Source: an uncultured Pseudomonadales bacterium (GTDB taxonomy: Bacteria > Patescibacteriota > Microgenomatia > UBA1400 > Chazhemtobacteraceae). Taken from it: 64,000 nucleotides of DNA. The notes beneath the pieces are model-generated. The model did not search any database. It saw only the letters and a list, made by a program, of their open reading frames with translations, and was not told the origin of the DNA. A program made the position numbers and the translations under genes. Positions 8,311-18,202 of the stretch are shown one piece after another (the stretch's first letter is position 1; the number at the start of each line of letters is the position of its first letter). The stretch spans positions 1,612 through 65,611 of the forward strand of contig CAYQZQ010000002.1 in the NCBI GenBank assembly GCA_964422035.1, written 5' to 3'.

Positions 8311-9274
8311 CGAAAACCTACATTTACTGTTGAATTCCAGTGAAGTTAGCAAAAGACCAACAAGAGATGGTTATGGTAAAGGAGTGGTGGAAGCGGGTGA
8401 AAAAAATAAGCAGGTAGTAGTTTTGACGGGAGATTTGCGAGAGTCGACAAAAAGTCAGTGGTTTGCAGATAAATTTCCAGATAGGTTCTTTGATCTGGGA
8501 GTGGCAGAGCAAAATTTAATGGGGGTGGGTGCGGGAATGGCAATGGAGGGAAAAATACCGTTTGTAGCTTCTTATGCTGTGTTTAATCCGGGCAGGAATT
8601 GGGAGCAATTAAGAGTTTCAGTTTGTTATAGTGATTTGAATGTAAAAATTGCGGGTAGCCATGCTGGTATTACCGTTGGAGCAGATGGAGCCACCCACCA
8701 GGCACTGGAAGATATTGCGTTGACTAGAGTTTTGCCTAATATGACTGTGGTTAGCCCAATTGACTTTGAGCAAGCCAGGAAAGCAACTGTAGCGATATCA
8801 GAGAGGAAGGGGCCGGTTTACTTGCGCTTGCATAGAAATAAAACGCCGATTATAACAACTAGAATGACACCTTTTGAAATAGGAAAAGCTCAGGTATTGC
8901 GTAGGGGCAAAGATGTGGGACTGTTGGCGACTGGTCCGATGGCATATGAGGCTTTGATGGCAGCTGAGGAAGTGTCTGGTGATGTTGATGTTGAGGTTTT
9001 GAACATTCATACAATTAAACCCCTGGATGAAGGCGAGATTTTAAGAGTAGCTCAGAAAACTAAGAAGATTGTTACAGTTGAAGATCATCAGAAAGCTGGC
9101 GGTATGGGTTCGGCGGTTGCAGAGCTGTTGTCTGAAAAATATCCTGCGAAGTTAATAAGAATGGGAGTTGATGACAGTTTTGGAGAGAGTGGTGACCCGG
9201 TTGATTTATTGGACAAATATGGATTAAGCAGACAAGCTATAATGAAGGCAATCTTTCAAATTAGTGGGAAATAA
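8303..9274 (+). CDS. tkt: Transketolase, C-terminal (pyrimidine-binding/C-terminal domain) subunit
   Basis: 323 aa. FFDLGVAEQNLMGVGAGMAMEGKIPFVASYAVF matches the transketolase pyrimidine-binding domain. Confidence 0.85.
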   Translation: MINENLHLLLNSSEVSKRPTRDGYGKGVVEAGEKNKQVVVLTGDLRESTKSQWFADKFPDRFFDLGVAEQNLMGVGAGMAMEGKIPFVASYAVFNPGRNWEQLRVSVCYSDLNVKIAGSHAGITVGADGATHQALEDIALTRVLPNMTVVSPIDFEQARKATVAISERKGPVYLRLHRNKTPIITTRMTPFEIGKAQVLRRGKDVGLLATGPMAYEALMAAEEVSGDVDVEVLNIHTIKPLDEGEILRVAQKTKKIVTVEDHQKAGGMGSAVAELLSEKYPAKLIRMGVDDSFGESGDPVDLLDKYGLSRQAIMKAIFQISGK

Positions 9275-9299
9275 TAAAATTAATTAGATAAATTGTTTA

Positions 9300-10292
9300 A
9301 TGGGTAATTTTGAGGTAGTTACAATTGGTTCAGCAGTTTTAGACATAGCTGTTAAGTCAAAAGATTTTAAAGTTATGAAGAGTCATGAAATTGAAGGAGG
9401 TGTTGGGTTGTGCGAGGTTTATGGTGGAAAAACAGAAGTTGATTCGATGGAGATGGCAGTCGGAGGTGGGGGGACAAACACAGCAGTCTCATTGTCGGTT
9501 AAAGGGGTGCGTGTGGGCTGTGTTGCTAAGATAGGTACTGGTGATGTAGGAGATATGATTAGGAGGCGTTTAAAGAATTGGGGGCTGGATTCAAGAATGT
9601 TGATTGAGGCGGAGGATGGTCATTCTGCAATGAGTACGGTTTTGGTGGCTCCAGATGGAGGGCGATCGATTCTGACATATCGAGGAGTGAGTAAGGAAAT
9701 TGAATCAAAAGAGATTAACTGGAAGAAAGTGAAGAAGGCTGATTGGATAATGGTAACAAGTTTGGGAGGCAATATGTCTTTGATGGAGGATATTGTTTAT
9801 TTTGCCAAGAAAAATGATATCAAAGTTTTTTGGAATCCCGGGAAAAATGAACTATCTAAGGCTATGAGGCTGAGAAAAATTGCTCAAGAGGTTAGTGTTT
9901 TAGTGATGAATAGAATGGAGTTTGCTGAGCTTATGGGGGTGAGTTTTGAAGATCAGTTGGAAATTGATAGAGGTGCAGTGGGGTTTGGGCCAGGTCATTT
10001 GGTAATTACTGAAGGAAAAAGAGGTTCTGTGGTTTATAAGGATGATAGAAAAGTAAAAGTGGGTGCTTTTAAAAGTGATGGTGTGGATGAAACGGGGGCA
10101 GGTGATGCTTATGGTAGCGGTTTGTTGTATGGGTTGTATAAGGGATGGGATTTTGGAAAAGCGATGAAGGCAGGGGCGGCTAATGCGGCGGGAGTTGTTA
10201 AAAAAATTGGGGCTAAAAATGGTTTGTTAGATGAAAAAGAAATAGATAAGTGGATAGAAAAAGATTTGAAAGTGGTTGAAGAGAGATATTAG
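9300..10292 (+). CDS. PfkB-family carbohydrate/ribo-kinase
   Basis: 330 aa. N-terminal GG motif (AVGGGGTNTAVSLSVKG) and C-terminal DETGAGDAYGSGLLYGL (PfkB signature 2). Confidence 0.75.
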   Translation: MGNFEVVTIGSAVLDIAVKSKDFKVMKSHEIEGGVGLCEVYGGKTEVDSMEMAVGGGGTNTAVSLSVKGVRVGCVAKIGTGDVGDMIRRRLKNWGLDSRMLIEAEDGHSAMSTVLVAPDGGRSILTYRGVSKEIESKEINWKKVKKADWIMVTSLGGNMSLMEDIVYFAKKNDIKVFWNPGKNELSKAMRLRKIAQEVSVLVMNRMEFAELMGVSFEDQLEIDRGAVGFGPGHLVITEGKRGSVVYKDDRKVKVGAFKSDGVDETGAGDAYGSGLLYGLYKGWDFGKAMKAGAANAAGVVKKIGAKNGLLDEKEIDKWIEKDLKVVEERY

Positions 10293-10312
10293 GTGTTAAT
10301 ATAAAGTCAAAT

Positions 10313-10618
10313 ATGGCAAAGGAAAAACAGGGACAAATGAAGATTAAAGGTGGAGATCAAGAACAAGAGAGTGAAAAGAATGATAAAAAAGAAAAAGCAA
10401 GAAAGAAAAAAAATAAGTTAGGTGTTTTAATATTATTGATTGTGACGATTTTGGCAAGTTTGGCTTTTTCAATTAAAGCGAGGGGAGGAATAAGGGGGAT
10501 TTTTTCAAGAAAAAATGATAGCGAGCAAGTTGAGACTAATCAAATGGATGAAGTAAAGGAGTCAGAATCAAAAGACAGTTGGTGGCCTTTTGGTAAAAAA
10601 GTTTATGAGTTTGATTAG
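10313..10618 (+). CDS. Hypothetical membrane-anchored protein
   Basis: 101 aa with a Lys/Glu-rich N-terminus, one TM helix (LGVLILLIVTILASLAF) and an acidic C-terminus. No recognisable domain. Confidence 0.35.
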   Translation: MAKEKQGQMKIKGGDQEQESEKNDKKEKARKKKNKLGVLILLIVTILASLAFSIKARGGIRGIFSRKNDSEQVETNQMDEVKESESKDSWWPFGKKVYEFD

Positions 10619-10624
10619 GGATAT

Positions 10625-13078
10625 TTATTGTCTGGTTGTTGAAGCAGCGGGTGGGAGTCTTTTTGTTTCAGCCAGAGGTTGATTGCTGGGTGTTGTCTGT
10701 GGGGTAATAATGGCTTTAATTTGTTTTTGGGTGCAAGCAGTTTTGGGTTGAGTTCCTGTGGCAAAGGTTTCGAGTTTGGGGTTTGGACAAGCATCGCAGG
10801 TTAATGTATTTGTTAATGGACAGATGGCGACTTTTACAATAGTTTCAGGTGATGAGAATTGATGGATATTAGTGCGATTTTGTAGTGAAGAGCTAATTGT
10901 TTTGGCCCAGATGGGAGAAGCACCAGTAATGCCTGAAGCTACTTTGCTCATAGGTGTGTTGTCGTTGTTACCTACCCAAGTAACTACAAGATGATCGGAG
11001 GTGTAGCCAATAGCCCAGTTATCTCGAAGGTCATTTGAGGTCCCGGTTTTAACAGCAACCTGGTGTTGGGGAATATTAAGAATTGAGTTATAGCCGAATG
11101 CTGGAGCTCTGGCTTGACGGTCTGAGAGAATGTCGTTAATTAAAAAGGCTGTTGAGGGATTTATAACTTGTTTGGGTTGACATTTGGAGTCAGGACAAGG
11201 TGAGTATTGTAGTGATTGATTGTTGGAGTTTGTAACGGAGATTATGGGAGTTAGTTCAATATGGTTGCCTAAGTTGGCAAAGGTGCCATAGACTTCGGCC
11301 AGGTCTGTCATTTTTACTTCATTGCTGCCTAAAGTAAGGCTAAGTCCGTAGCGTGAAGGATCGTTCCAGGTGGTGATGCCCATTTTTTGAGCAAGAATAA
11401 CCATTTGAGTAATGCCGTTCCTGTTGAGTAATTTGATGGCTGGAATGTTGTAAGAAGAAGCAAGGGCAGTTCTTAATGTAACTTCTCCGTGGAATTTATT
11501 ATCGTAGTTTCTTGGAGTCCATGTTTTTTGATTGGGAAGACGGAAGGCAATGGGGGCGTCTTCGATGGTGGTGGAGGGGGTGAAGCCTTTTTCAAAAGCA
11601 AGGGCGTAGTTAATTGGCTTGATGGCGGATCCGGGTTGTCGCAGGCTGGTGGTGATGTTTACCTGCCCATCGATTTTGGGGTCAAAGTAATTTTTTGAGC
11701 CTACCATGGCTAGTATTTGGCCGGTTTGGGGATCTGTTATTAAGATGGCGCCGTTATTTACATTAAGGTTTTTAAGATTGTTCAGTTCTTCTCTGAGAAT
11801 TTCTTCGGCTTGATTTTGTATTTTTAAGTCTAATGTCGTGGTAATTTTTAAACCGCCTTGGGCTATGGTTTGAGGACTATATTGATCAGCAAGTTTTTGG
11901 TAAACGTACATTACAAAGTGTGGGGCTTTAATAGAGTTGGGATTTGGATTGTAGTTTAAGGGGGTATTGATGGCTTGTTGATATTGATCTTGAGTAATCA
12001 GTTGTTCTTTAAGCATCCGGTTGAGAACTGTAATTTGCCTAGCTTTAGCTTTTTGGGGATGAGAGAAAGGAGAGTATTTTGTAGGAGCTTGAGGTAGTCC
12101 AGCAAGAAGAGCTGCCTCGGCAAGATTTAGGTCTTGTGTGGTTTTTTTAAAGTAGTGATGTGAAGCAGCTTCAATTCCATAGACAGGTCCTCCGTAGGGG
12201 ATATGATTAAAGTACAGGGTGAGAATGGTCTCTTTGTCAAAAATAAGCTCTGTGTGAATGGCGAGAATTACTTCTTTAAGTTTGCGGGTGAGGGTTTTCT
12301 TGTTATTTAAAAGTGTGTTTTTAATAAGTTGTTGAGTTATAGTTGAGCCGCCTTGGAGCTGGTCATCAGTTAGATTGTGTTTGGCGGCTCTGAGAATACC
12401 TGATACGGAAAGACCTTGATGTTGATAGAATTTTTCATCTTCAGTAGCAAGGGTAGCGTCAATTACGTATTGAGGAATATTGTTTAGCTTGATAAGTTGT
12501 CTGTTTTGGTTGTTATAGAAAGTAAAGAGGAGTTCGCCGTTGCGATCGTAAATCTGGGTTGATAAGGGAAAATTGTTATTCTTAAGTTGATGAGGTGAGG
12601 GAAGGTCTTTTAAGATTTGGAAGTATATCAGGCTGGTTAGTGTTAGGAAAAATGTAAAGTAGATAAAAAAACGTTTTGGAAACTGTGGAGTTTTTAATTG
12701 AGGAATTGAAGGAGGTTGAATTTGGGGCAGTCGAGGGAGGGTTAGGTTAAAAGAGGGAAGAGATATTTTGGGTAGGGATGGGAGAGAAATTTTTAGGCTT
12801 GATGGAAGTTGTATTTTTTTGATGAGGCCAAAGGCGGAGGTTGTCAAACTAATTAAATTTGAGATGACAAGGATTAAAAGAAGGATTAAAAGATATAAAG
12901 GTCGGCCTAATAAATTGAACAAAAATATTACTTGTTTTATAGGTTTTAGTTTTAGCAAGGGGGAAAACGTTCTTGGGGTGTGTGTGGTGTGATTTAGTGT
13001 AGTGAAGTTTTTTATTTGATGCAGTTGTTTTTTTAATATTTTTCTAAGTTTGTTGAAACATAATGTCAACTGCACCAT
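10625..13078 (-). CDS. Class A penicillin-binding protein (bifunctional GT51 transglycosylase / transpeptidase)
   Basis: 817 aa. GT51 motifs (EDEKFYQH, GGSTITQQLIKN) and transpeptidase motifs SAIKP (SxxK), SYN (SxN) and KTGTSND (KTG). The N-terminal 170 aa are low-complexity with a KISLPSLPKISLPS repeat, so the true start may lie internally. Confidence 0.85.
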   Translation of the reverse strand: MVQLTLCFNKLRKILKKQLHQIKNFTTLNHTTHTPRTFSPLLKLKPIKQVIFLFNLLGRPLYLLILLLILVISNLISLTTSAFGLIKKIQLPSSLKISLPSLPKISLPSFNLTLPRLPQIQPPSIPQLKTPQFPKRFFIYFTFFLTLTSLIYFQILKDLPSPHQLKNNNFPLSTQIYDRNGELLFTFYNNQNRQLIKLNNIPQYVIDATLATEDEKFYQHQGLSVSGILRAAKHNLTDDQLQGGSTITQQLIKNTLLNNKKTLTRKLKEVILAIHTELIFDKETILTLYFNHIPYGGPVYGIEAASHHYFKKTTQDLNLAEAALLAGLPQAPTKYSPFSHPQKAKARQITVLNRMLKEQLITQDQYQQAINTPLNYNPNPNSIKAPHFVMYVYQKLADQYSPQTIAQGGLKITTTLDLKIQNQAEEILREELNNLKNLNVNNGAILITDPQTGQILAMVGSKNYFDPKIDGQVNITTSLRQPGSAIKPINYALAFEKGFTPSTTIEDAPIAFRLPNQKTWTPRNYDNKFHGEVTLRTALASSYNIPAIKLLNRNGITQMVILAQKMGITTWNDPSRYGLSLTLGSNEVKMTDLAEVYGTFANLGNHIELTPIISVTNSNNQSLQYSPCPDSKCQPKQVINPSTAFLINDILSDRQARAPAFGYNSILNIPQHQVAVKTGTSNDLRDNWAIGYTSDHLVVTWVGNNDNTPMSKVASGITGASPIWAKTISSSLQNRTNIHQFSSPETIVKVAICPLTNTLTCDACPNPKLETFATGTQPKTACTQKQIKAIITPQTTPSNQPLAETKRLPPAASTTRQ

Positions 13079-13148
13079 ACCTTTATATTACCAGAGTTAG
13101 AGGGTTACTTTAAAGAGGGAATTAGACCTTTGTGTCTCAGTAGTTGAT

Positions 13149-15665
13149 CTATTGTGATGTGTTATGAAGGGGTTCTATCTGTAGCCAGTTTGAGGGGGTT
13201 ATGGAACTAGCTTTAAAGGAATCGTAGTTGATTGTGTAACGAGGATATTGGGTTTTGCCAGTGGAAATAAGCTCTTGGGGATTGTCGGGATTGGGTTTTG
13301 TTTCTTGGGTATAAGGACAGTCGAGGCAAAAGTCTCTGATGAAAGGATCTGAGACTATCAGGTGTGTTTCTAAGTCAAGGTCAATGACTTCTTCGTCTGG
13401 CTGAGGTGGGAGTTTAGTATCCCTTTTTACCCAGATTTGTTTTTGTGTTGGGTAATTTGGTTGAGGTAATTTGTCTTTGATGAATAGTTCGGTCCTTGTT
13501 TCGCATTCACTTTCAGCGGTGGGAAGAAGGCCGGTTAAGATACAAATCTGTTGTGAGACTACTCCTTGAGGTTGTTTTGGTGGTTGGTTTTTTTCACCCC
13601 TGAGTGCATATGAAGTTATATCGTTCCAGATTGGAGAAGCACCGGTGACACCGGAGGCAACGTAGCTCATGGGTGTGTTGTCATTGTTGCCCACCCAAGT
13701 TGTTACAAGTAGATTGGGAGTGAAGCCTATGGTCCAGTTGTCGCGAAGATCATTGGTAGTACCAGTTTTTACACTAACTGTCTGTCCAGGGATGACTAGT
13801 TGAGAGCTTGGACCAAAAGCAGATTGGCGGGCGTTGTTGTCAAGAAGAATGTGTGAAATTATGTAAGCGACTTCTTCAGGCAAGACGGCAATAGGCTTGT
13901 CTGATTCAGGATTGGGTATATTTGATTGAAATTGTTCCCAGCTGAGTCTTTGACTGGAGGTTAGTTCGGACACTTCTTCTATGTCAATTTCTTCTAACAT
14001 ATTACCTTGATAATCTTCGACCTTTAGTATGGGGTTAAGAGGAACTTTTACTCCTCCGTTTGCGAAGGACCCGAAAGCAACTGCCATGTCAACCATGCGG
14101 ACTTCGCCACCTCCTAGAGTAAGTGAAAGTCCGTATTTTGATGGATCTTCCCAGCCTTTTATACCCATAGCTGATGCTGTGGCTATCATGGGTTCAACTC
14201 CGTTTAGGGCTAGTTGTTTTACGGCTGGAAGATTGTACGAGTTACCTAGGGCAAAGCGCATTTGGACTGGGCCGTGGAAAGTGGCATCGTAGTTTCTTGG
14301 GCAGTAGGCTTTTTGTCCAGTAACAGCAAAGCAGGTTGGTACGTCTAGATACATTGTTGAAGTAGGCCAGCCTTTTAAGAGGCCAACTGCGTAGTTGATT
14401 GGTTTTATAGATGAGCCTGGTTGTCGGGAACGAAGAGTGATATTTACATTGCCGTCATTTTCTATGTCAAAGTAATCGTGAGATCCGATCATGGCAAGTA
14501 CTTCTCCTGTTGGTGGTCTGGTAACAAGAGCGGCACCGTTGCCAACTCGGAGTCTTTGCAAATTGTCAATTTCAGCTGAAAGCGAGGCTTGAGCGGCTTG
14601 CTGTAGATCATAGTCTAAGCTAGTGGTAACTCGAAGGCCTCCTAAGTTGACTTTGTTTTCACCGTAACGTTCAACAAGAATATCTTTAATCCAGAAAACA
14701 AAGTGAGGAGCGCTAATGCTATTTTCAGGTTGGTTATATTCCAGGGGTTTGCTGGAAATTGTTTCCAATTGTTGTTGAGAAATGTATCCATCCTGATACA
14801 TACGTTTTAGTACTTGTTTTTGGCGTGATTTGGCTAGTTCAGGGTGGGCGCCAAAAGGTGAGTATCTGGTGGGAGCTTGAGGTAAGCCGGCAAGTAGTGC
14901 GGCTTCTGAGAGGTTTAGTTGTGAGGCTGGTTTATTAAAGTACTGGTGGGCTGCAGACTCAATGCCGTAAGCAGTACCTCCGTATGGGGCGTGATTAAGA
15001 TACATCTCAAGAATTTGTTCTTTTGAGTAAATTACCTCAGTGATGACAGCTAGGGCGGCTTCTCTGATTTTTCTAGTTAGGGTACGTGAAGGATCATTTA
15101 AAAGGGCGATTTTAATTAACTGTTGAGTGATTGTTGACCCACCCTCAAGACCTTGTCCGGTGATAGTTCTATAAGCAGCTCGAGTAATGCCCTTAAGATC
15201 AAGGCCGTGATGTTGATAGAAGTGTTGATCTTCAATGGCAATGGTGGCTTTGAGTAGGTGATCGGGCATGTTTTGGATGTTAATGGGAGAACGGTTTTTG
15301 TCGGCGTATATTTCATAGAGTAATTGGCCATTTCGGTCTAGAATTTGGGTTGAAACAGGGGCAGGTTGGCGGGTAAGTTTAGTGGGATTGGGTACGTCTT
15401 TGAAAAGCCATATTATTGAGGAAATGAAGATTAGTATTAGGGTGGGGACTGCGATCTTGACAGCTTTTTTATCGAGTTTGGGAAAAGAAATTTTTTTAAG
15501 TAGCGGGGTGGGGTTGATTTTTTTTAGAAATGAGAGAGCTGCTTTTGCATATGGTTGAAGATTTAATTGCTTTATTTTCTTTAAAGCAATTTGAAGTTTT
15601 GAGGCGGAATAATCTTTGAGTGATTTAAAGTAGTCATCGATTTGTTTGCGAAGTTTTTTGGACAT
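13149..15665 (-). CDS. Class A penicillin-binding protein, tandem paralogue
   Basis: 838 aa. EDQHFYQH, GGSTITQQLIKI, SSIKP, SYN and KTGTTND. It has the same architecture as the downstream paralogue, including a Cys-rich C-terminal extension. Confidence 0.85.
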   Translation of the reverse strand: MSKKLRKQIDDYFKSLKDYSASKLQIALKKIKQLNLQPYAKAALSFLKKINPTPLLKKISFPKLDKKAVKIAVPTLILIFISSIIWLFKDVPNPTKLTRQPAPVSTQILDRNGQLLYEIYADKNRSPINIQNMPDHLLKATIAIEDQHFYQHHGLDLKGITRAAYRTITGQGLEGGSTITQQLIKIALLNDPSRTLTRKIREAALAVITEVIYSKEQILEMYLNHAPYGGTAYGIESAAHQYFNKPASQLNLSEAALLAGLPQAPTRYSPFGAHPELAKSRQKQVLKRMYQDGYISQQQLETISSKPLEYNQPENSISAPHFVFWIKDILVERYGENKVNLGGLRVTTSLDYDLQQAAQASLSAEIDNLQRLRVGNGAALVTRPPTGEVLAMIGSHDYFDIENDGNVNITLRSRQPGSSIKPINYAVGLLKGWPTSTMYLDVPTCFAVTGQKAYCPRNYDATFHGPVQMRFALGNSYNLPAVKQLALNGVEPMIATASAMGIKGWEDPSKYGLSLTLGGGEVRMVDMAVAFGSFANGGVKVPLNPILKVEDYQGNMLEEIDIEEVSELTSSQRLSWEQFQSNIPNPESDKPIAVLPEEVAYIISHILLDNNARQSAFGPSSQLVIPGQTVSVKTGTTNDLRDNWTIGFTPNLLVTTWVGNNDNTPMSYVASGVTGASPIWNDITSYALRGEKNQPPKQPQGVVSQQICILTGLLPTAESECETRTELFIKDKLPQPNYPTQKQIWVKRDTKLPPQPDEEVIDLDLETHLIVSDPFIRDFCLDCPYTQETKPNPDNPQELISTGKTQYPRYTINYDSFKASSITPSNWLQIEPLHNTSQ

Positions 15666-15735
15666 GAGGGTATTTTATCAGTTTCTATTTTTTCTCAAGC
15701 TTGATGATAGTATTGTGGGTTGTTAAGATTAGGGC

Positions 15736-16269
15736 ATGTTAAAAGAAAAGAAGTGGTACCAGTTTTTAGATGAACCGATGAAGATGTGGGTTGATCAAGC
15801 ATATTATCTTTTAGATAGGGAAGAAATGAGCGGGTCAAGATTTTTGGATTATGGTTTTGTGGTTTTTCCGATGGCTAAAGCCTATGAAGGGTTTGTTAAA
15901 AAATTTTTGTTCGAGACAGGGTTTATTGATGAGAAAACTTATAAAGATAAGCATTTTAGAATTGGGAAAAGCTTGAATCCTGATTTGCCCAAAAAGTATC
16001 AAGATAAACGATGGGTGTTTGAAAAATTAAGAATTTGGTATGAGAAAACGGGGGAAGATAGTTTGGCGAGACAGATGTGGAAAGCTTGGAAAAAAGGAAG
16101 AAATAGGGTATTTCATTATTTTGCTGGTAAAGAGAGAAGATTGAGCTTGGAGGAAGCCAGGGAAAGGGTAGAGGCGTTTGAGCGAGCTATGGAAAAAGCA
16201 ATAACTTGTCAGAATGAGGTTGACAGTGGAGAAGAAAAAAAGAACAATGGAGTTAATGAAGTTAGATAA
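15736..16269 (+). CDS. Hypothetical protein (Trp/Lys-rich, cytoplasmic)
   Basis: 177-aa ORF. No recognisable domain. Its 3' end overlaps the start region of the following membrane-protein gene. Confidence 0.4.
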   Translation: MLKEKKWYQFLDEPMKMWVDQAYYLLDREEMSGSRFLDYGFVVFPMAKAYEGFVKKFLFETGFIDEKTYKDKHFRIGKSLNPDLPKKYQDKRWVFEKLRIWYEKTGEDSLARQMWKAWKKGRNRVFHYFAGKERRLSLEEARERVEAFERAMEKAITCQNEVDSGEEKKNNGVNEVR

Positions 16270-16873
16270 AGGTTGGAAGAGAGTTTGGTTTTATTATCTT
16301 TACTTATGGATTGGATGGGGTTTGTTTAGGTGGTTATTTAATTTACCTGAAGCTATTGAGGAGTTATGGATTAAGCCGGTGATATGGTTGTTGCCGATCT
16401 GGTTTATTAGAGCTAAGCAGAAAAAGAGGATTAATTGGTTTGAGGGAAATGGCTTAAAAGCGATTTTGGCAGGATTGGGATTGGGGGTTTTGTATAGTGG
16501 AGTGACGATTTTGAGCAAGATGAAAGCAGGAGTGGGTTTTGAGGGGTGGTTTGGAGTTGAGGGCTGGTGGATGATTGGTGTGGGTTTGGCAACAGCAATT
16601 GTGGAACAATTAGCTTTTACGGGCTTTATTTTTTACAATCTAAAAGATAAGTTTGAAAGTCGATGGGGGCTGGCAGTGTTGATCGGTTTGATGTTTGGCC
16701 TAATGCATATTCCGATAGGTGTTTCAATGTATGGTTTGCAAGGATGGGGTTTGTTTTTGATCGTGGGATTGTTTAGTCTGATTCAGATTGGAAATGTTTG
16801 GCTGGTTAGTGTAACAGGAAGTGTTATTTCGGCAATTATTACTCATTGGTTGGTGGGAATTTGGTGGGGGTAG
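16247..16873 (+). CDS. Polytopic membrane protein, possible CPBP (CAAX protease / bacteriocin-processing) family intramembrane metalloprotease
   Basis: 6-7 TM helices. EQLAFTGFIF (EExxxR-like motif 1, partial), LMHIPIG (FxxxH-like) and ITHWLVG (HxxxN/D-like). The first plausible Met inside ORF 16214..16873 was used. Confidence 0.4.
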   Translation: MELMKLDKGWKRVWFYYLYLWIGWGLFRWLFNLPEAIEELWIKPVIWLLPIWFIRAKQKKRINWFEGNGLKAILAGLGLGVLYSGVTILSKMKAGVGFEGWFGVEGWWMIGVGLATAIVEQLAFTGFIFYNLKDKFESRWGLAVLIGLMFGLMHIPIGVSMYGLQGWGLFLIVGLFSLIQIGNVWLVSVTGSVISAIITHWLVGIWWG

Positions 16874-16936
16874 AATAAGCATTTTAGCCTCAAAAACTTT
16901 ACATTTGTGATTACAATTGTTAAGATTTGAAAGCTT

Positions 16937-18163
16937 ATGTATGAACTGAGTAAAAGCTTAGGAAATAAAATCAGTAAACAAGTTGAGGAGAATTTTGACG
17001 AGCAAGTAGATTTTTTGCAGGAGCTGGTTAAGACGAAAAGTGTTAACCCGGGTAGTGATGTTAAGCGTAGTGCTGAAGTTGAGTTGGGTGTGGCAAGAAT
17101 TATAAGAAAGAGATTGAAGGATTTAGGACTTTATCCTCGTTATTTGCGAGCCAGAAGTGGGCGTCCAAATATTAGAGTTGTATGGGGTCCAACAAGAGCT
17201 AGAAAGAGTTTGTTATTAGTTGGGCACATGGATACAGCAAAGCCCAGAGAAGAAGTGGCTACTCCTTTTTCGGGATTGGTGAGAGAAGGCAAGATGTATG
17301 GAACAGGAGTTATGGACATGAAGGCAAGTCTGGCCGTGTATGTTTATGCATATAAGGCATTGCGAGATCTGGGTATTGAGCTTGATGGAAAGTTGAGAAT
17401 GGCATTTGTTGTTGATGGTAAAAATGAGGAGGTTAGCAAGATCGGATTAAGATATCTTTTAAATAAAGGGCTGGAGGCAAAAACAGCCATTTTAGGTAAG
17501 CCTGGATCTAGTAGAATTGGTATTGGACACAGAGGCGGATACCGTTTTTCTTTGACGGCTCTGGGTGAAAGTATTGAGACAGGCAAAAGAGATTGGGAAA
17601 CAGGCCAGAGAGGTAAAAATGCGATAACAGAGATGTCAAAAGCAATCAATGCTTTGCAGGATTTTGATTTACCTTATAAATCTTCAAGAGCTTTTCCAAA
17701 TCGTAGTCCTGTTTTTACTTTCCCGATTAAGATTGACGGTGGTGTAAGTATGGAGATGATTCCTGATCAATGTACTGCCTGGGGGGATGCGAGATTGATG
17801 CCGGGGAATACTGATAAGCAGGTTAAGTTGTGGATGGATGACAAGCTATCCGAGATTGACGGTTTGGAATATAGAGTTGAAGATTTGTTATTCGTGCCAT
17901 CTATGGAAATTGATAAAAATGAGAAGATTGTTCAGATGTTGTCCGAACAGGCGAAAGAGGAGATGGGAAGTAAGCCAAAACTTGAGGGTGAAGGTTCTTG
18001 GAATGATGCTTGGATGTTGACAGAGCGAGATATTCCGTGTGTGGCTGGGTTTGGTCCAGATGGAGGGCAAGACAGAGAGGGTGAGTGGGTGGATATTGAG
18101 AGTGTAAAGAAAGTTACAGCTGTATATGCAAGAACTATTCTCGATTACTTGGGAGAAAAGTAA
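16937..18163 (+). CDS. M20-family metallopeptidase (ArgE/DapE/Cpg2-like deacylase)
   Basis: 408 aa. LLLVGHMDTAKP (HxD metal ligand), GTGVMDMKASLAV (D-x-K/G motif), and a dimerisation-domain insertion. Confidence 0.7.
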   Translation: MYELSKSLGNKISKQVEENFDEQVDFLQELVKTKSVNPGSDVKRSAEVELGVARIIRKRLKDLGLYPRYLRARSGRPNIRVVWGPTRARKSLLLVGHMDTAKPREEVATPFSGLVREGKMYGTGVMDMKASLAVYVYAYKALRDLGIELDGKLRMAFVVDGKNEEVSKIGLRYLLNKGLEAKTAILGKPGSSRIGIGHRGGYRFSLTALGESIETGKRDWETGQRGKNAITEMSKAINALQDFDLPYKSSRAFPNRSPVFTFPIKIDGGVSMEMIPDQCTAWGDARLMPGNTDKQVKLWMDDKLSEIDGLEYRVEDLLFVPSMEIDKNEKIVQMLSEQAKEEMGSKPKLEGEGSWNDAWMLTERDIPCVAGFGPDGGQDREGEWVDIESVKKVTAVYARTILDYLGEK

Positions 18164-18202
18164 TCAACTTTGACAGATGTGGTGATATGGTAAACTAGAT
18201 TT

